From Mobula birostris (taxonomy: Eukaryota), in the NCBI RefSeq assembly GCF_030028105.1, contig NC_092380.1, positions 62,927,717 to 62,991,716 of the forward strand: a DNA stretch of 64,000 bases, written 5' to 3'. Below the pieces are notes generated by a model, which worked only from the letters and a program-made list of their open reading frames with translations, searched no databases and was not told the origin of the DNA. Position numbers and translations under genes: made by a program. How positions within the stretch are numbered: position 1 is the stretch's first letter; each line of letters opens with the position of its first letter. This document shows, piece by piece, positions 51,793-64,000 of the stretch.

Positions 51793-52126
51793 CATTTTGT
51801 TACTTGACATCTTTAGTCTTTTCTGACTGTTTCTGGAGATCCACAGTATGGCAACAATGGCCAGTCTTCTCTCTCCCTTGAGTATTAATGGAGTTATAAA
51901 TCAAAATTCCACTTCAAAGGAATTATTAACTTGATGATACAACAACCTTGTCCTAATGATTCCACCATAAGAAAATGTGTTAATGCTGAAGCGCTCAACT
52001 CAGTAGTCTGTGCCCAAGATGATTAATTTTTGGTAAACTTGGTTCAATAGAATGGCGTAATGTAAGTACTCTTCCCAAGATAGGTTCTTTCTACTGTATC
52101 CATCAATTCATTAATATTTTCCTCAT

Positions 52127-52147
52127 TTAATGTTCACCCAGAAGAGG
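52127..52147 (-). CDS. CYB561A3: CYB561A3 last coding exon
   Basis: Strong acceptor (T-tract, CTCAACAG) then PLLGEH-stop; matches the PLLHDGE-type C-terminus of vertebrate CYB561A3. Confidence 0.85.
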   Translation of the reverse strand, partial: PLLGEH

Positions 52148-52689
52148 CTGTTGAGTAAAAAAAAAAGACAAGTTTAGTAAGCCTACAGCAGTTCCATACA
52201 GAGATAAACCTTTCAATGAGGAATTACTGGAGAAGAAAATTAAGGGGAGCTGTTATGTTTTATAACTTCAGAACATTAAAGAGAGCCAAGAGATGCAGTC
52301 TTAATTTATGTTTAGTTTAAACGAGGCACCCGCTTATCACGTGGTAGCATCATGCATGAGATTCTCATATTTTTACATATAACCTGTAATGAATTATTTA
52401 AATGAACAAGAATGCTTAATCAAACAATATATTTACAAGATTACTCAAATATTATTTATTTATTGAGATACAGCGTAGAATGGGCCCTTCCAGCCCTTTG
52501 AGTCACGCCATCCAGCAATCCCCCTATTTAATCCTAGTCTTATCATGGGACAATTTATAGTGATCAATTAACCCACCAACCGATACGTCTTTGGACTGTG
52601 GGAGGAAACCAGAGCACCCAGAGGAAACCTGCGCAGTCACGGGGAGAACATACAAACTCCTTACAGGCAGCAGTGAATTCCTCATTTTA

Positions 52690-53450
52690 TATTTCGTAAC
52701 ATGAGCCAAGGTTTCATGGACATAATTTAAAAAGTATAAAAAGACAAACTACTGTTTAACTGAGTAACAAACTAGGTATTTAAATGAAATGCAGAACAAA
52801 TTAGAATATTACTAATACTACTACAGTACTATAAAACTATGTATTAGTTCCTAGTAGTTATCAGCAGCATAATTTACTCAATGTATGCTTTCTTTTAATT
52901 GATCGTAAATGAACAAAATCAGCAGTCACCCAGATAATGGAGGGTTATCATACAATGCTATCGATGATTACATCCTACAGATCTTCAGTTCCACTATAAC
53001 ATTCAAGATGATTTGTCAGTATCTTCAAATTCTTCGTAGTCCCTAACTGGCTGAAGTAGTGAAATAGTTTTATTTCCACTCACGGTCATTTCTCGCGACT
53101 CCAAGGAACACTTGAAACCCCAGTGAGCAAAACAGTTCTGAATTGTCATGCCGCTTATTTCTTGCCTACTCTCGGTGACAAAAATCAATGCTTTTGAAAC
53201 ACAAATGCACATAATTGATGCTATTTAAAAACTGATCACTCTAAGCACAGTGTAGTGTCTAATGGCCACACAAGTCCACTAGTTAGCAACTGTCTGCCAA
53301 CAGTCTCTTGCCCCAATTAAGTAGCATAGGGTCCCAAATAAACAAAGGGAATCCCAGCTATTTTCTCTATTAGTTTTTGTTCTTTAAGAGTTGTCCCAAA
53401 TAAGCAGTTGCCCCAATTAACTGATAGCCCAATTAACTAGAATCCTCTAT
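52690..53450 (-). mobile_element. Degraded Tigger-like transposon fragment
   Basis: TIQNCFAHWGF remnant; repeated CCCCAATTAA near the terminus ending AACTAGAATCCTCTATGTA. Confidence 0.55.
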
Positions 53451-53825
53451 GTATATATTATATAAACAACAGTCATTGCAACTTTCAATAAAACCAATTA
53501 GCTTTTCCATATTATTCAGACTTTCTCTAATTGATGGCTCCCTGCCTTGGGAAATAATCAGAAGGATATGTAGCATCAACTCACCTACTTTGGCTGTTGT
53601 GTACCTAATGGATACCAAGATCAGCAATGGAAGTTAATGCCTGTTTTGCTCACTCCAGGGACCCACAATACAATAGTAGGGGAAAAGGGAATATTTGTGC
53701 ACGTTTTTGCTCTCTTCAAATGAATTTATTTTACCAGGGTTAAAGGCTTTACAAAATGCAACTATCACAACCACATTGTAATTCAAAAGAGTTGGAGGCA
53801 CACCATTACTGAGTACATGAACTAC

Positions 53826-53997
53826 CTCTGTGGCTTCACTGAGTACCGATGTGTGGGGGTCTGGTCGTTTCCATTCACGCTGGTAGAGCATCCAGGCAAC
53901 AGAAAGGAAGAAACAAACCAGTAAAATTCCCAAAATATTAGCCAAGTACGCTTCAGGTGGAAGATCCTTATAGGGAGCAGACGAGTTGGCAGCATTA
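53826..53997 (-). CDS. CYB561A3: CYB561A3 coding exon 4
   Basis: (L)NAANSSAPYKDLPPEAYLANILGILLVCFFLSVAWMLYQREWKRPDPHTSVLSEATE; 172 nt; AG/GT. Confidence 0.92.
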
Positions 53998-55801
53998 CTA
54001 AAGGAGCAAATAAAATATTGATTTTAATGTAATTATATTGAACATACAGGTTGATGTTATTTTATTTGCTTCCATTTCCCCCGAACATAAAATTCCCAGA
54101 GAACAGTTAACATGGAAGCCTGCCCTCAGCCTTGCTAATGCTTTGTGTTAATTAATTAAGTCCCACAAAAACAATCTTACACAGCATTTTTTTCCACTTT
54201 TACTGAGACTTCTCAGAGCATTGCCAACATGCTAGTCAGCAGCACGGTGGCCTAACCTGTGGCACTGCTGTCTCACAGATCCAGCAATCCACCTTCGGTC
54301 CACTGGTGTGTGTGAAATTAGTGCATTCTCCTTGTGGCCACTGTTTACTCTGAGTGCTCTGGTTTTCTCCCAAAGATTGTTAAGATTAGCCCCATAAATT
54401 ACAGGAAGGGCAGGGATGACAGGAATAAAGGGAAAATAAAATGGGGTTAGAATAAATGGTATTTGACAATGGGCCAAAGGGCCTTTTTTGTACTGCGTAA
54501 CTCCATGATGAACAACTTGCAGATAAACGACACCCATAAAGAAAATCATCTCCAAATACTTTGCAGGAGTGTTAATAAAATGTCATGTGGAGTTACTGTA
54601 CATGTTGGGAAAGGGAATCAAAAACCTTGTCTTAAAGGAGAGAAAGAGAGATAAGTATAAAGGTGATGATGTTTAGGAAGGAAAAAGGAAATCATGTCCT
54701 CCAATAACAGAGCAGGTAACATCACACCATTCCTGAAGAACTTCATTTGTTTTGGGCAGAGAAATGTCGGATGGATAAGCCCATTTCCCTTCCCCACTCT
54801 ATCGTCAGGAAGGTACTTTCTATTTGCATAAGACCTTTCATAACATTAGGATATCTCAAGCACCTTATAAGTCATTTTTAAAATTAAATTACTGTTCTAG
54901 TAAAGAAACACATCACTTAGTAAGATCTGAAAACAATAACTAGAAACATTTAGCAGGTGATTAAATAAAATAATGATACAGCACAGTAACAGGCCCTTAT
55001 TGCCCAATGAGCCAGCGCCACCCAATTACACCTATGTGACCAATTAACCTACTTACCCATACGTCACTGGAATGTTGGAGGAAATGGTATGCTAATACCT
55101 GTTTTAGTAATGTGATTAAGGGATAAATGGGGGTAAAGGGATCAGGGATACTTCTTTTGTTCTTTGAAACAGGACATGTCAACCCAACAAACAATCCTTA
55201 CTTCATCATTTCATGTGAAAGATGCAGCTCCAATACGATACCAACCCTTCTGTACTACTCCAATGTATCAGACTATAATTTAAGCTCATTCTTGAGTGAG
55301 AGACAACCTTCTGACTCAAGTGAGAGTGCTATCAACTAAATCGTGCTTGACACTATGTGTTAGTCTGAGCCTAGTCTATTGTAACAGAAAATTTCTCCTT
55401 ACAAGGCCCTTTTTTACCACTATTTTACTTTAATCATCTCCTAACATCACATTCAAGTGGGCATTCACGAGTAAGGAAAGCTATTCAAGTTAACTATATA
55501 GGTCATCACAGTCAAGCCCAGGGAAGTCATTTTCTAACATTTTTACTAGAGATTACTACATATCTAATAGAATGGGAACAAGTTAATTCCACCGTTGTAG
55601 AGCCTTTGTGTCCAGCTCAGCTATTGCAGCAAACAGAAAATCACCAAGGTAAAAGACAAACTAAATGTATCAACATTTTTCAAAATTAACATTACAGGTA
55701 TTTCTAATGAAATGTAGGATGGATCATTTTTTAAAAATCAGGAATGATTCATTTTGTTTACCAACAACATAACTTTGATTTGAACTTGAAAATTTACTTA
55801 C

Positions 55802-55956
55802 AGCACAAAGATTAATTTTTCATTGATTCCTGACAGACAAGCAGCAATAGTCATTGTTAAGAAACAAATTCCAAAGAAAATATGCACATCTTTGTAAGCA
55901 ACTCGAAGCCAGAGTGGAGCACAGGGCAACAAAAAGGACAGAAACCCAAAGAGCCA
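55802..55956 (-). CDS. CYB561A3: CYB561A3 coding exon 3
   Basis: WLFGFLSFLLPCAPLWLRVAYKDVHIFFGICFLTMTIAACLSGINEKLIFV; 155 nt; AG/GT. Confidence 0.95.
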
Positions 55957-57203
55957 CTGTAAATTGAAGGAACAATAAGTTAGAACATCTTAATGTTTAA
56001 CTAACTTCAGTAAGGATGACCTACCACATACTGAAGAAACCCATTAAACAAAGGAAAAAATGTTAGGCCAACCCATCATTAGAGGAAAATGCCTTCTCTT
56101 TTTCAGGGTTGTCTTGGAGGTTGGTAGACCATGATAAGTTAACAATTAGTTTGGGTGAGTGTGTAATCCGGCATTGTTGATAAATGGAAAGCTGTATGAG
56201 TGAAAAAGTTCGAAAGTGCAATACCAAATAGATTGAAAATTGCTTTTGCCCTTGGACTAGATACAGAAATAAGATACTATAGGTACAGAATTATCAGTTA
56301 ATGGTAAATTAATGTACAGGAAAATAATTCTGTTGTGATTGCTAAACTAGGTAAGATTTACAATGTGTGATTGATTCAGTATTATCTTCAATTCAAGGAT
56401 ATTTCATGAGGACAGTATACCCTGGATTGCCTGTGACAGCCACATCGTGTAAATGAGTAAATATCTAGATGTGAGAAATCAGGGGTGGCCTTGTATGTAG
56501 TAGAGCTGGGGGGGTGGGGGTGGGGGGGGAGTTAACAAGGAAGTAAACGTCAAAGCCAACACATGATTTGACTGTAGGCAGTAGAGATTATATAGGAGGG
56601 CTGCTGAATTCTGAGCAAAGGTCAAGAGAAACCTACAAATGCCAAATAGTGATATCAGGCGAGGTGGAAGATGATGGGTAGTGTGAATATGAGTAGGAGA
56701 GTAACAAGAATTTTATGGAGAATATTACAATTCAGCAAGGAAAAACAAGAATTTATGGACTATGAGATAATCCAGAGATTAATGTAAGATACCTTATGGG
56801 CAAATTTAGGGAGGGGATCTTTTAGTAAATGAGGGACAAAAGGTCTTAAAAGAGGGTGCCAAAGAAAGAAGCAAAGTAATTACGTGGGTTGTGTCTGTAG
56901 ACTTTTTAAAGCAGGATTTCATGTTGGAGGCCTGTCAACAGAAACATACAGTTGAACATCACTTCCTGGTTTGGGTGACCAGAGGTATTAAGAACGAATG
57001 TGGTCGTACAGTCTGTTCTCCTCAAAGGCCTTTTTCTCATGGAGAGGTGGGGTCTCAATGCAAATGCTGACACATGCACTTCACCAGCAAAAGTTGCTAC
57101 AATCACTAAGAGTAGTAGGACTAGCTTGGTCGATTTGGCAGTACTAACCAATTTTCAGTCTATAATAAAACTATTTAATGGTTAGGTTTTACAACTTTCT
57201 TAC

Positions 57204-57412
57204 CTGCAAGCTAAAGAGGATGACTACTGTCAATCCCACCCAGCTGTGTATGGAATACAAATTGGGAATATGCATCTTATTGTGGAATCCAAATGCTGCT
57301 AACAACCCGATGATAGCCAAAGTCAATGCACCAAGATTCAGCATGGCATGAACCAACTTTAGCAGCACCTTGCTGCTGGACCATGTAAAGGGAAACCTGT
57401 ACACAAGAATGG
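57204..57412 (-). CDS. CYB561A3: CYB561A3 coding exon 2
   Basis: (A)ILVYRFPFTWSSSKVLLKLVHAMLNLGALTLAIIGLLAAFGFHNKMHIPNLYSIHSWVGLTVVILFSLQ; 209 nt; cytochrome b561 SxHSW motif. Confidence 0.95.
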
Positions 57413-58119
57413 CTGGGAGAAAATAAATCAGTTAGTCTTTTCCAAATTACAAAATAAATGCTGGAAATTTGAACAAAGAGCAGAATACTGGCAATACAAA
57501 ATTCCCACTAGTTCCTGTTTTAATTAGGATCTCCCCTATGCACATAATAAACAAAAATTCAATTTTGTTCAATAAAATGTTCAAAATGTTGAAAATGTTC
57601 AATAAACAAAAAATACTGAAAATCAACATGATGAAACTTTGACTGTTGACTTAAGACTTCCGGGAATGCTTTGAGGATGTGAGTAGCAAGATACTAGTGA
57701 GCTCAGAAAAAAACTCCAGATGAACTAGTCTACACAAACATGTTTACACTGCCGCATACATCTGCAAATGTACTGTCTACAGATTTTAAAGTCTACACTT
57801 TTGAAAGTATATTTTGATACAAACAAGGATTTAAATAATCCCTACAATCCAATAATCCAAACTCAATTCACTATAATCAGCAAATGTGAAAGAGTGTTTT
57901 GCTGGGTAATAAATGTCTTAAACATAAGAATAAAACTGTTAAGCATTTGAACTACAATTATATATGGTTAAGTAAGACCATACTATGAAATGCTGTTAGT
58001 TCATAGTTCCCTTTTTTTTGCTATTATTTTCTTCAACTACTTCTGTTGGCAGTTTTCTTGTTCCCTTGACATACGATTTCTCTTTAGTTTCTGCTGCCAT
58101 TTTGCATTTAACAATATTA

Positions 58120-58347
58120 GATGCAACACAGAGTGTCATAGGAAGTCATTCCTGCCTGTGGCCATCAAACTTTACAACTCCTCCCTTGGAGGGTCAGACA
58201 CCCTGAGCCGATAGGCTGGTCCTGGACTTATTTCATAATTTACATATTACTATTTATGGTTGTATTACTATTTATTTTTTATGGTGCAACTGTAATCAAA
58301 ACCAATTTCCCCCGGGATCAATAAAGTATGACCATGACTATGACTAT
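58120..58347 (+). mobile_element. 3' fragment of the same Rex1-like family as 1-1604
   Basis: Near-identical to ~1360-1604, including the (ATGACT)n tail. Confidence 0.9.
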
Positions 58348-58487
58348 GGTAACAACATTGACAATATTGGTCTGTTTAATATAGGTGTTTAGTTTAGCAA
58401 TTGCTTAATCTTGTTAGTTGGAGAGAAGTAAGATAACCTTCAGCTGGCGTGTAGTACTGATGCAGAACCTGGAAAGAAATTCTTGGA

Positions 58488-58640
58488 ACAAACAAGAGAC
58501 AATCTGCAGATGCCAGGAATCCAAGCAACCCACACACAAAATGCTGCGGGAACTCAGTAGGCCAGGCAACATTGATGTACTTTTTTCCATAGATGCTGTC
58601 TGCCCTGCTGAGTTCCTCCAGCATTTTCTGTGTGTTGCAT
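58488..58640. mobile_element. Penelope inverted-end remnant lacking the hammerhead core
   Basis: ACACAAAATGCTGCGGGAACTCAGTAGG ... CCTGCTGAGTTCCTCCAGCATTTTCTGTGTGTTGC. Confidence 0.7.
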
Positions 58641-60153
58641 GCAATTCATATAGTCTATATTACTCAAGCACACAATTTATTTCCTTTTTGTGCATAATTG
58701 GTATGTAATAAACCACAATTACCTACTAAATGCATACAAATCACAGAATTAATTTAACCAACATCAAGTTCACTATTGTATTTCTATTGCTTTGATTGCA
58801 GTCAGATTCAGCATTACAAAGAATCTTATGAAAGCATGTAACAGCTGTAAAATTATGTTAGATTTTCATATCAAATGGTGACTTAGACTGTATGGAAACA
58901 AAAGTGTTACACAAAAGCCATAAGCAGGTAATAAGGAAACCACAATATCTGAAGCAAGCACTTTAGCAACCTCAGCATGGACAGTGCTAAAGATGCCACA
59001 TCTAATCTTAAAATTATGGATTTCAGATTGAAAAATCAGTTAATGTCACTATTCCTGATTACAATACCTGTTCCATTAAAAATAGCACAGATAGGGCACC
59101 ACATTCATTCTTAAAATACTTCCCCAGCTATTAAAAAAAAGATATTCCATGTTCCGCAAACAGGATTGAAATGATTAACAATGCTTAGTTTGTGGTGTTG
59201 TCTGAAGAATGAATGCTATGAACAGCACTTCTGAACTCAGTGAAATCTATCTCACTAGGCAGTTACAGCTCAGGGCCGTTTCAAAGATGATCGTTTTGAC
59301 AGTGCAATATTCACTATGTCACAAAACAAACACAATAGCTAATTTTTAAACCCTGAAAGACAGATATATTCAAGAAATATTTGTCTAGATTCCTTTCCCT
59401 AGAATACTGATTATTTCTTGGCATTTTGTATCACTAGAAACCTCAAATAACCATTTGTTACCATCAGGTAAGCTGTGACTGTGACGTCAATACCAATTAA
59501 GTGCTTTTTTTGGAAGACAGCAGAGGAAATTAGACCATATTGCCCTGCTCCATCTTCCTCCACAGTGGTCCAAACTCCAGCAGATGGAGAGGAGTGGATA
59601 GTAAGAGCAGTGTGCCGGCGTTTCTTTCGAAAGGAGGATGAATTGGGAGGAAATTAGGAACAACAACAGTAAAGAGGACCATTAGATTGGGGCGAGATTT
59701 TTGATTCTTTTGATTTTTCACAATGTAAGAGGATCAAAGATTCAGTAGTTTACTGTGTAGGGCTTCCAGTTCAGTAATGCTGTGGTGTATAAAGGGATGC
59801 CTGATCCAAATTAACCAGTTAAAAGTTCCAGATCTACCGAAATTAAAACTAATCCCACCTCTGTGTACTATTAGGTGTAGCATCATTACAATCAATGTGT
59901 GAACTTACCCAGCTAGGCACAGGATCTTGAAACGTACAGCTACAGGAGTTGATTAAGAATTTAGTTTCAGTACCACTAAGCTGCCAGAACATGCAATTAT
60001 ATTGCAGAAGTTAAGCAACATGAATAAATGCAAAGATGCAGATGTAATTCACAGGAAGATTTGGAAGACTGATAGTCTCACCTTATGCACTATGCAAAAC
60101 CCAAATTTCAAAAGGGACTTACAACTCTGAGAAGTGCATTATGGTAACCTTAC

Positions 60154-60328
60154 CATTCCCATAGAGCACAAACCAAGACACCATGCATAGAGGATGCCAG
60201 TTAAACATCTTTGCTGTTCCATCCCAGGCAAAGCCTCCTCGATAGCAAGCACTCCAGGTAATCACAATGATTACACATATTAGACCAAGGAGGAGAGACA
60301 AGCTGTAGACACAGTAAAACATCATCAT
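60154..60328 (-). CDS. CYB561A3: CYB561A3 (lysosomal ascorbate-dependent cytochrome b561) first coding exon
   Basis: MMMFYCVYSLSLLLGLICVIIVITWSACYRGGFAWDGTAKMFNWHPLCMVSWFVLYGN; acceptor at 60336/60335. Spliced CDS is 732 nt (243 aa) with all four heme-ligand His. Paralog chosen by synteny with DDB1 and the C-terminal LL. Confidence 0.92.
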
Positions 60329-61372
60329 CTTTGCTCTGCAATGAAATCAAAGAAATGTTCAGTTTTTCCAAATGACCTGACCTAGTTTAACAATCATTGC
60401 CCACCCTTCAAACACAAATGATACAACTTTCCTTGTTCAAAAGAGATGGGAAATTATATTAAATAAATTTTTAAAATGTGTTTTACAAAAAGGGCACAAA
60501 TGCTCTTATAATGCGATTCAGCATGGGATGAAATTCCCCAGTTCTGGAATTTCTTTACCATCTACTCAAGTGATTACTTTCAATGCAAATCCAGTCCATA
60601 AGTATAAGCAAGTTATTTGATAGCTTGCTTACAAAGCTGACGAAAGAAAGTAGCAGCGATAAGGAAATTGGAGAAACTAGATAAACATTCCAATTTTGAA
60701 GGTCTTACATATTCCAGTCACGACCTCGCTTTTCTCCATCTAATCTTAGAAGGCAAAGACACTCTTCAAGCCTACTTCAAATTCGGCATTTGATAGATGA
60801 GTGTTTTTTTAGATGTTAATAACTTACCACTTTTGATATCCTATCCTACTCTTTTTCCTCATTTAAAGAAACTACTCTGAAACCGCCTCTGATGCTTTTG
60901 GTCTTCCAGTCTGAAATACTCAAACAAGGTTTAACTTCTGTTGATAACTTCATTGATGTTTTGGTTCGTTAAACGCGTTATATAAATGTAAACCGTTGTA
61001 TAATATTTTATGAAACTATTTTCATATGACGCCACTCGTGACAAGCAAGAATAAACTTATAACAAGACAAATCGCATAATGTTTGCGTATACGGGAGAGA
61101 ACATTAGCGTTAAAACATTATTTTTCCCTACCAGTAATTTGTACCAAAGCTGTTACTTAGAATTTAAGAGAAATTATGTCCTTGAAGCTTCAAACTTCCT
61201 CCCAGATGGGGAATTCCGCTGATATTCCATATCAAACAGATACAGCTGGCTTAATTTGAGATTTCTATAACAACTTAAAACTACAGTTATATAAAAAAAA
61301 CTTAGGTTTACATTGATATTAAAGGCACTTTTAAACTCGGCCTTCGGGCTCCAACCACTTATCTAACACGCA

Positions 61373-61393
61373 TTGCATCATGAGAGTTGTAGT
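61373..61393 (-). promoter_or_regulatory. ZNF143/THAP11-type (SBS) motif, candidate CYB561A3 promoter
   Basis: Minus strand ACTACAACTCTCATGATGCAA versus consensus ACTACAAnTCCCAgnATGCA; ~1 kb upstream of the first coding exon, in a mildly CpG-enriched stretch. Confidence 0.6.
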
Positions 61394-62036
61394 TCTCAAC
61401 CCGGATTATGTACTTCAATTCCAACAATGCAACATCGTTTTAAAGGCGAATCCACACCTTTGGGACACGGGAACCATTTACAGCTGCTCTACCACAATGA
61501 TACACGAATAATTGGGACCGGGTGTGTAATATTACCTTACAGGGAAGGAAAATATGCAGACTGGCATATATGTGACCCTGAACTCGGGGCTGAATGGTCA
61601 GGTTATATTTTCGGGCATTGTACTCAATACCTGGACTGGCCTGGTGGAAAGAGAAGACTTAGCTATGGCACTTATGTTCCTCCATCACAACTGGGGAACA
61701 ATTTTAATTTTCACTTTTTTTGGCAAAGGTCAAAAGGCATCTTCCATGTTTCCAAGCTGTTAAACTTTGAATCAGGGATGTAAATTAACTTCCTCGATTG
61801 ATATTTCAATTTAACACAAAGAGAATTATCAGCTGAATTTATTAATGCAATGTGTTATTCTGCTAAATTTATGCTGAGTCCCCTGAGGCAATAATATTGT
61901 TGAATTAATAAGTTAAGCTACTCACAGTTGTTCCTTAATCACAAAAGTATTTATCAGGTTCAACTAAAGATCTAAAGCACTTGGAATGTTTGCTTTTTTT
62001 CTCAGAATCAGAATCCGGTTAATTATCATTGGCCTA

Positions 62037-63225
62037 TGTGCTTATCCGCCGATGTCTATTATAAACCAACAGCTACCTGGACTATACCTTGTCCCACCCT
62101 GCTGTCCCCTTCTCCCAATTCCTCCGCCTCTGCTGCATCTGCTCTCAGAATGAGGCTTTTCATTCTTGAAGGAAGGAGATGTCCTCCTTTTTCAAAGAAA
62201 GGGGCTTCCCTTCTTCCACCATCAACACAGCCCTCAACCACATCTCTGTTCTTACCCCATCCTCTCACCACACCACCAGGGATAGGGTTCCTCTTGTCCT
62301 CACCTATCACCCCACCAGCCTCTGCATTTAGCACATAATTCTCTGAAACTTTTGCCACCTCCAATAGGATCCCACCACCAAACACATCCTTTCCTTCTCC
62401 CCCCCCCCCCCCACTTTCTGCTTTCCACAGGAATCGCTCTCTACATGACTCCTTTGTCCATTTGTCCCAACCCACACATCTCCCTCCTGGCATTTAACCT
62501 TGCAAGTGCCACACCTGCCCCTACACCTCCTCCCTCACTACCATTCAGGGCCCCAAACAGTCCTTCCAGGTGAGGCGACACTTCACCTGTGAGTCTATAG
62601 GAGTCATATACTGTGTTCGGTGCTCCCAGTGTGGCCTCTTGTATATCGGTGAGACCCGGCGTAGATCGGGAGATCGCTTCGCCGAGCATCTACACTCCGT
62701 CCGCCAGAACAAGTGGGATCTCTGAGTGGCCACCTATTTCAATTCCACTTCCCATTCCAATATCGTGATGAGGCTATACTTAGGTTGGAAGAACAACACC
62801 TTATATTCCATTTGAGTAGTCTCCAACCTGATGGCATGAACATTGACTTCTCAAACTTCTAGTAATGCCTCCCCCCACCCCCTCACCATTTCTCATGCCC
62901 TTGTCCCTCTCTCATGTTATCTCCTTACTTGCTCATCGCCTCCCTTTGGTGCTCCTCCCCCTCCCCACCTTTTTCATTCTTCCATGGCCTTCTGTCTCTT
63001 TCACTGATCACTTCCTATCTCTTTGCTTTATCCATCCCCCTCCAAGTTTCATCTCGCCTGCTGGTTCTCTCTTCCCCACCGCCCCCCCACTACCACTTTT
63101 AAGATCTACTCCTCAGCTTTTTTTTCTCCAGTACTGCCGAAGGGTTTTGGCCTGAAATGTTGACTGTACTTTTTTCCACAGATGCTGAGTGGCCTGTTGA
63201 GTTCCTCCAGCATTTTGTGTGTGTT
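62037..63225 (+). mobile_element. Penelope-like element 3' part with GIY-YIG endonuclease
   Basis: DVYYKPT; GVIYCVRCSQCGLLYIGETRRRSGDRFAEH at ~62600-62690; degenerate hammerhead at ~63129-63166. Confidence 0.88.
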
Positions 63226-64000
63226 GTGAAATTTGTTGTATTGTGGCAGCATTACAGAAAATATACTATAAACTGTAGGAATATATATGGGTTTATTATT
63301 GTCAATAAAAGAGAACAAGATAGTGAGGTAGTGTTCTTCAATGCGTGGACTGTTCAGAAATCGGATTGTGGAGGCAGCGGGGGAGAAGCCGTTCCTAGAA
63401 TGATGGATGTGTACCTTTGGTCTCCTGATGGTAGTAAGAAGAAGACAGCACGTGCTGGGTTGTGAGGGTCCTTAACGATAGATGCCGCCTTTCTGGAGAT
63501 GTGTTTGATGATGGGGAGGCTGGTGTCTATGGCGGAGTTGACCGAGTTTACAACCCTCAGCAGCTTTTTCTGATCCTGTGCAGTGGCCCTTCCATACCAG
63601 ACAGTGATGCAGTCAGTTAGAATGCATCTAACAGTACATCTGTAGAAATTTTCTAGTCTTTGGTGACAAACCAAATTTCCTCAAACTCCTAATGAAGTAT
63701 AGCCTCTGGCATGCCTTCTTTCCAAATGCATTAATATGTTGGGCCCAGGATAGATCTTCAGAGATGTTGATAATCAGGAACTTGAAACTATTCACCCTTC
63801 CCACTTCTGACCCCTCAATGAGATCTGATGTGAGTTCCCTTGACTTCTCCTTCCTGAAGTCCACAATCAATTCCTTGGCCTTGCTGAATTTGAGCACAAG
63901 GTTGTTGTTATGACAACCCCTCAACCAGCCAATCTATCTCACTCCTGTACGCCACCTCGTCACCATCTGAGATTCTGCGGACAACAGTGTGTCATCGGCA
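63226..64000 (-). mobile_element. Rex1/L2-like LINE (host of the Penelope; its 3' tail is at ~62003-62036)
   Basis: KAKELIVDFRK, SFKFLIINISEDLSW, FYRCTVRCILTDCITVWYG, KAASIVKDPHNP. Confidence 0.8.

Noticed and set aside
57570-57605. Short imperfect tandem AAAATGTT(C/G) repeats
   Set aside because: Only three units of low-complexity intronic DNA; not CRISPR-like and no spacers.
61373-61783. 136-aa ORF as a possible TMEM138 exon
   Set aside because: No resemblance to TMEM138 or any family I recognise, and it lacks an ATG start.

Overview
Eukaryotic vertebrate genomic DNA, AT-rich and dominated by transposable elements. The repeat mix (CR1, Rex1/Babar, RTE, Penelope, tRNA-SINEs) suggests a cartilaginous fish, but that is inference. 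Two spliced host genes lie on the minus strand. DDB1 coding exons 1-7 span 16245 down to 1664 (307 codons; the gene continues past the left edge). A complete CYB561A3 has 5 coding exons, 60328 down to 52127, 243 aa. In human the order is DDB1-TKFC-CYB561A3-TMEM138, but here the ~35 kb between DDB1 and CYB561A3 is a nested TE pile with no recognisable TKFC exon. The most striking non-coding signal is a family of Penelope-derived minimal hammerhead ribozyme motifs. The best example is a TSD-flanked ~230 bp hairpin element in DDB1 intron 1 with an intact hammerhead on each strand, whose differences look compensatory. Also seen: a CR1 with a twin-priming-type 5' inversion inside a three-layer nest, a truncated hAT transposase, a Tigger, an RNase H-bearing LINE fragment and young SINEs. 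All calls come from reading and translating the sequence by eye. No database search was run, and TE boundaries are approximate unless a TSD is given.
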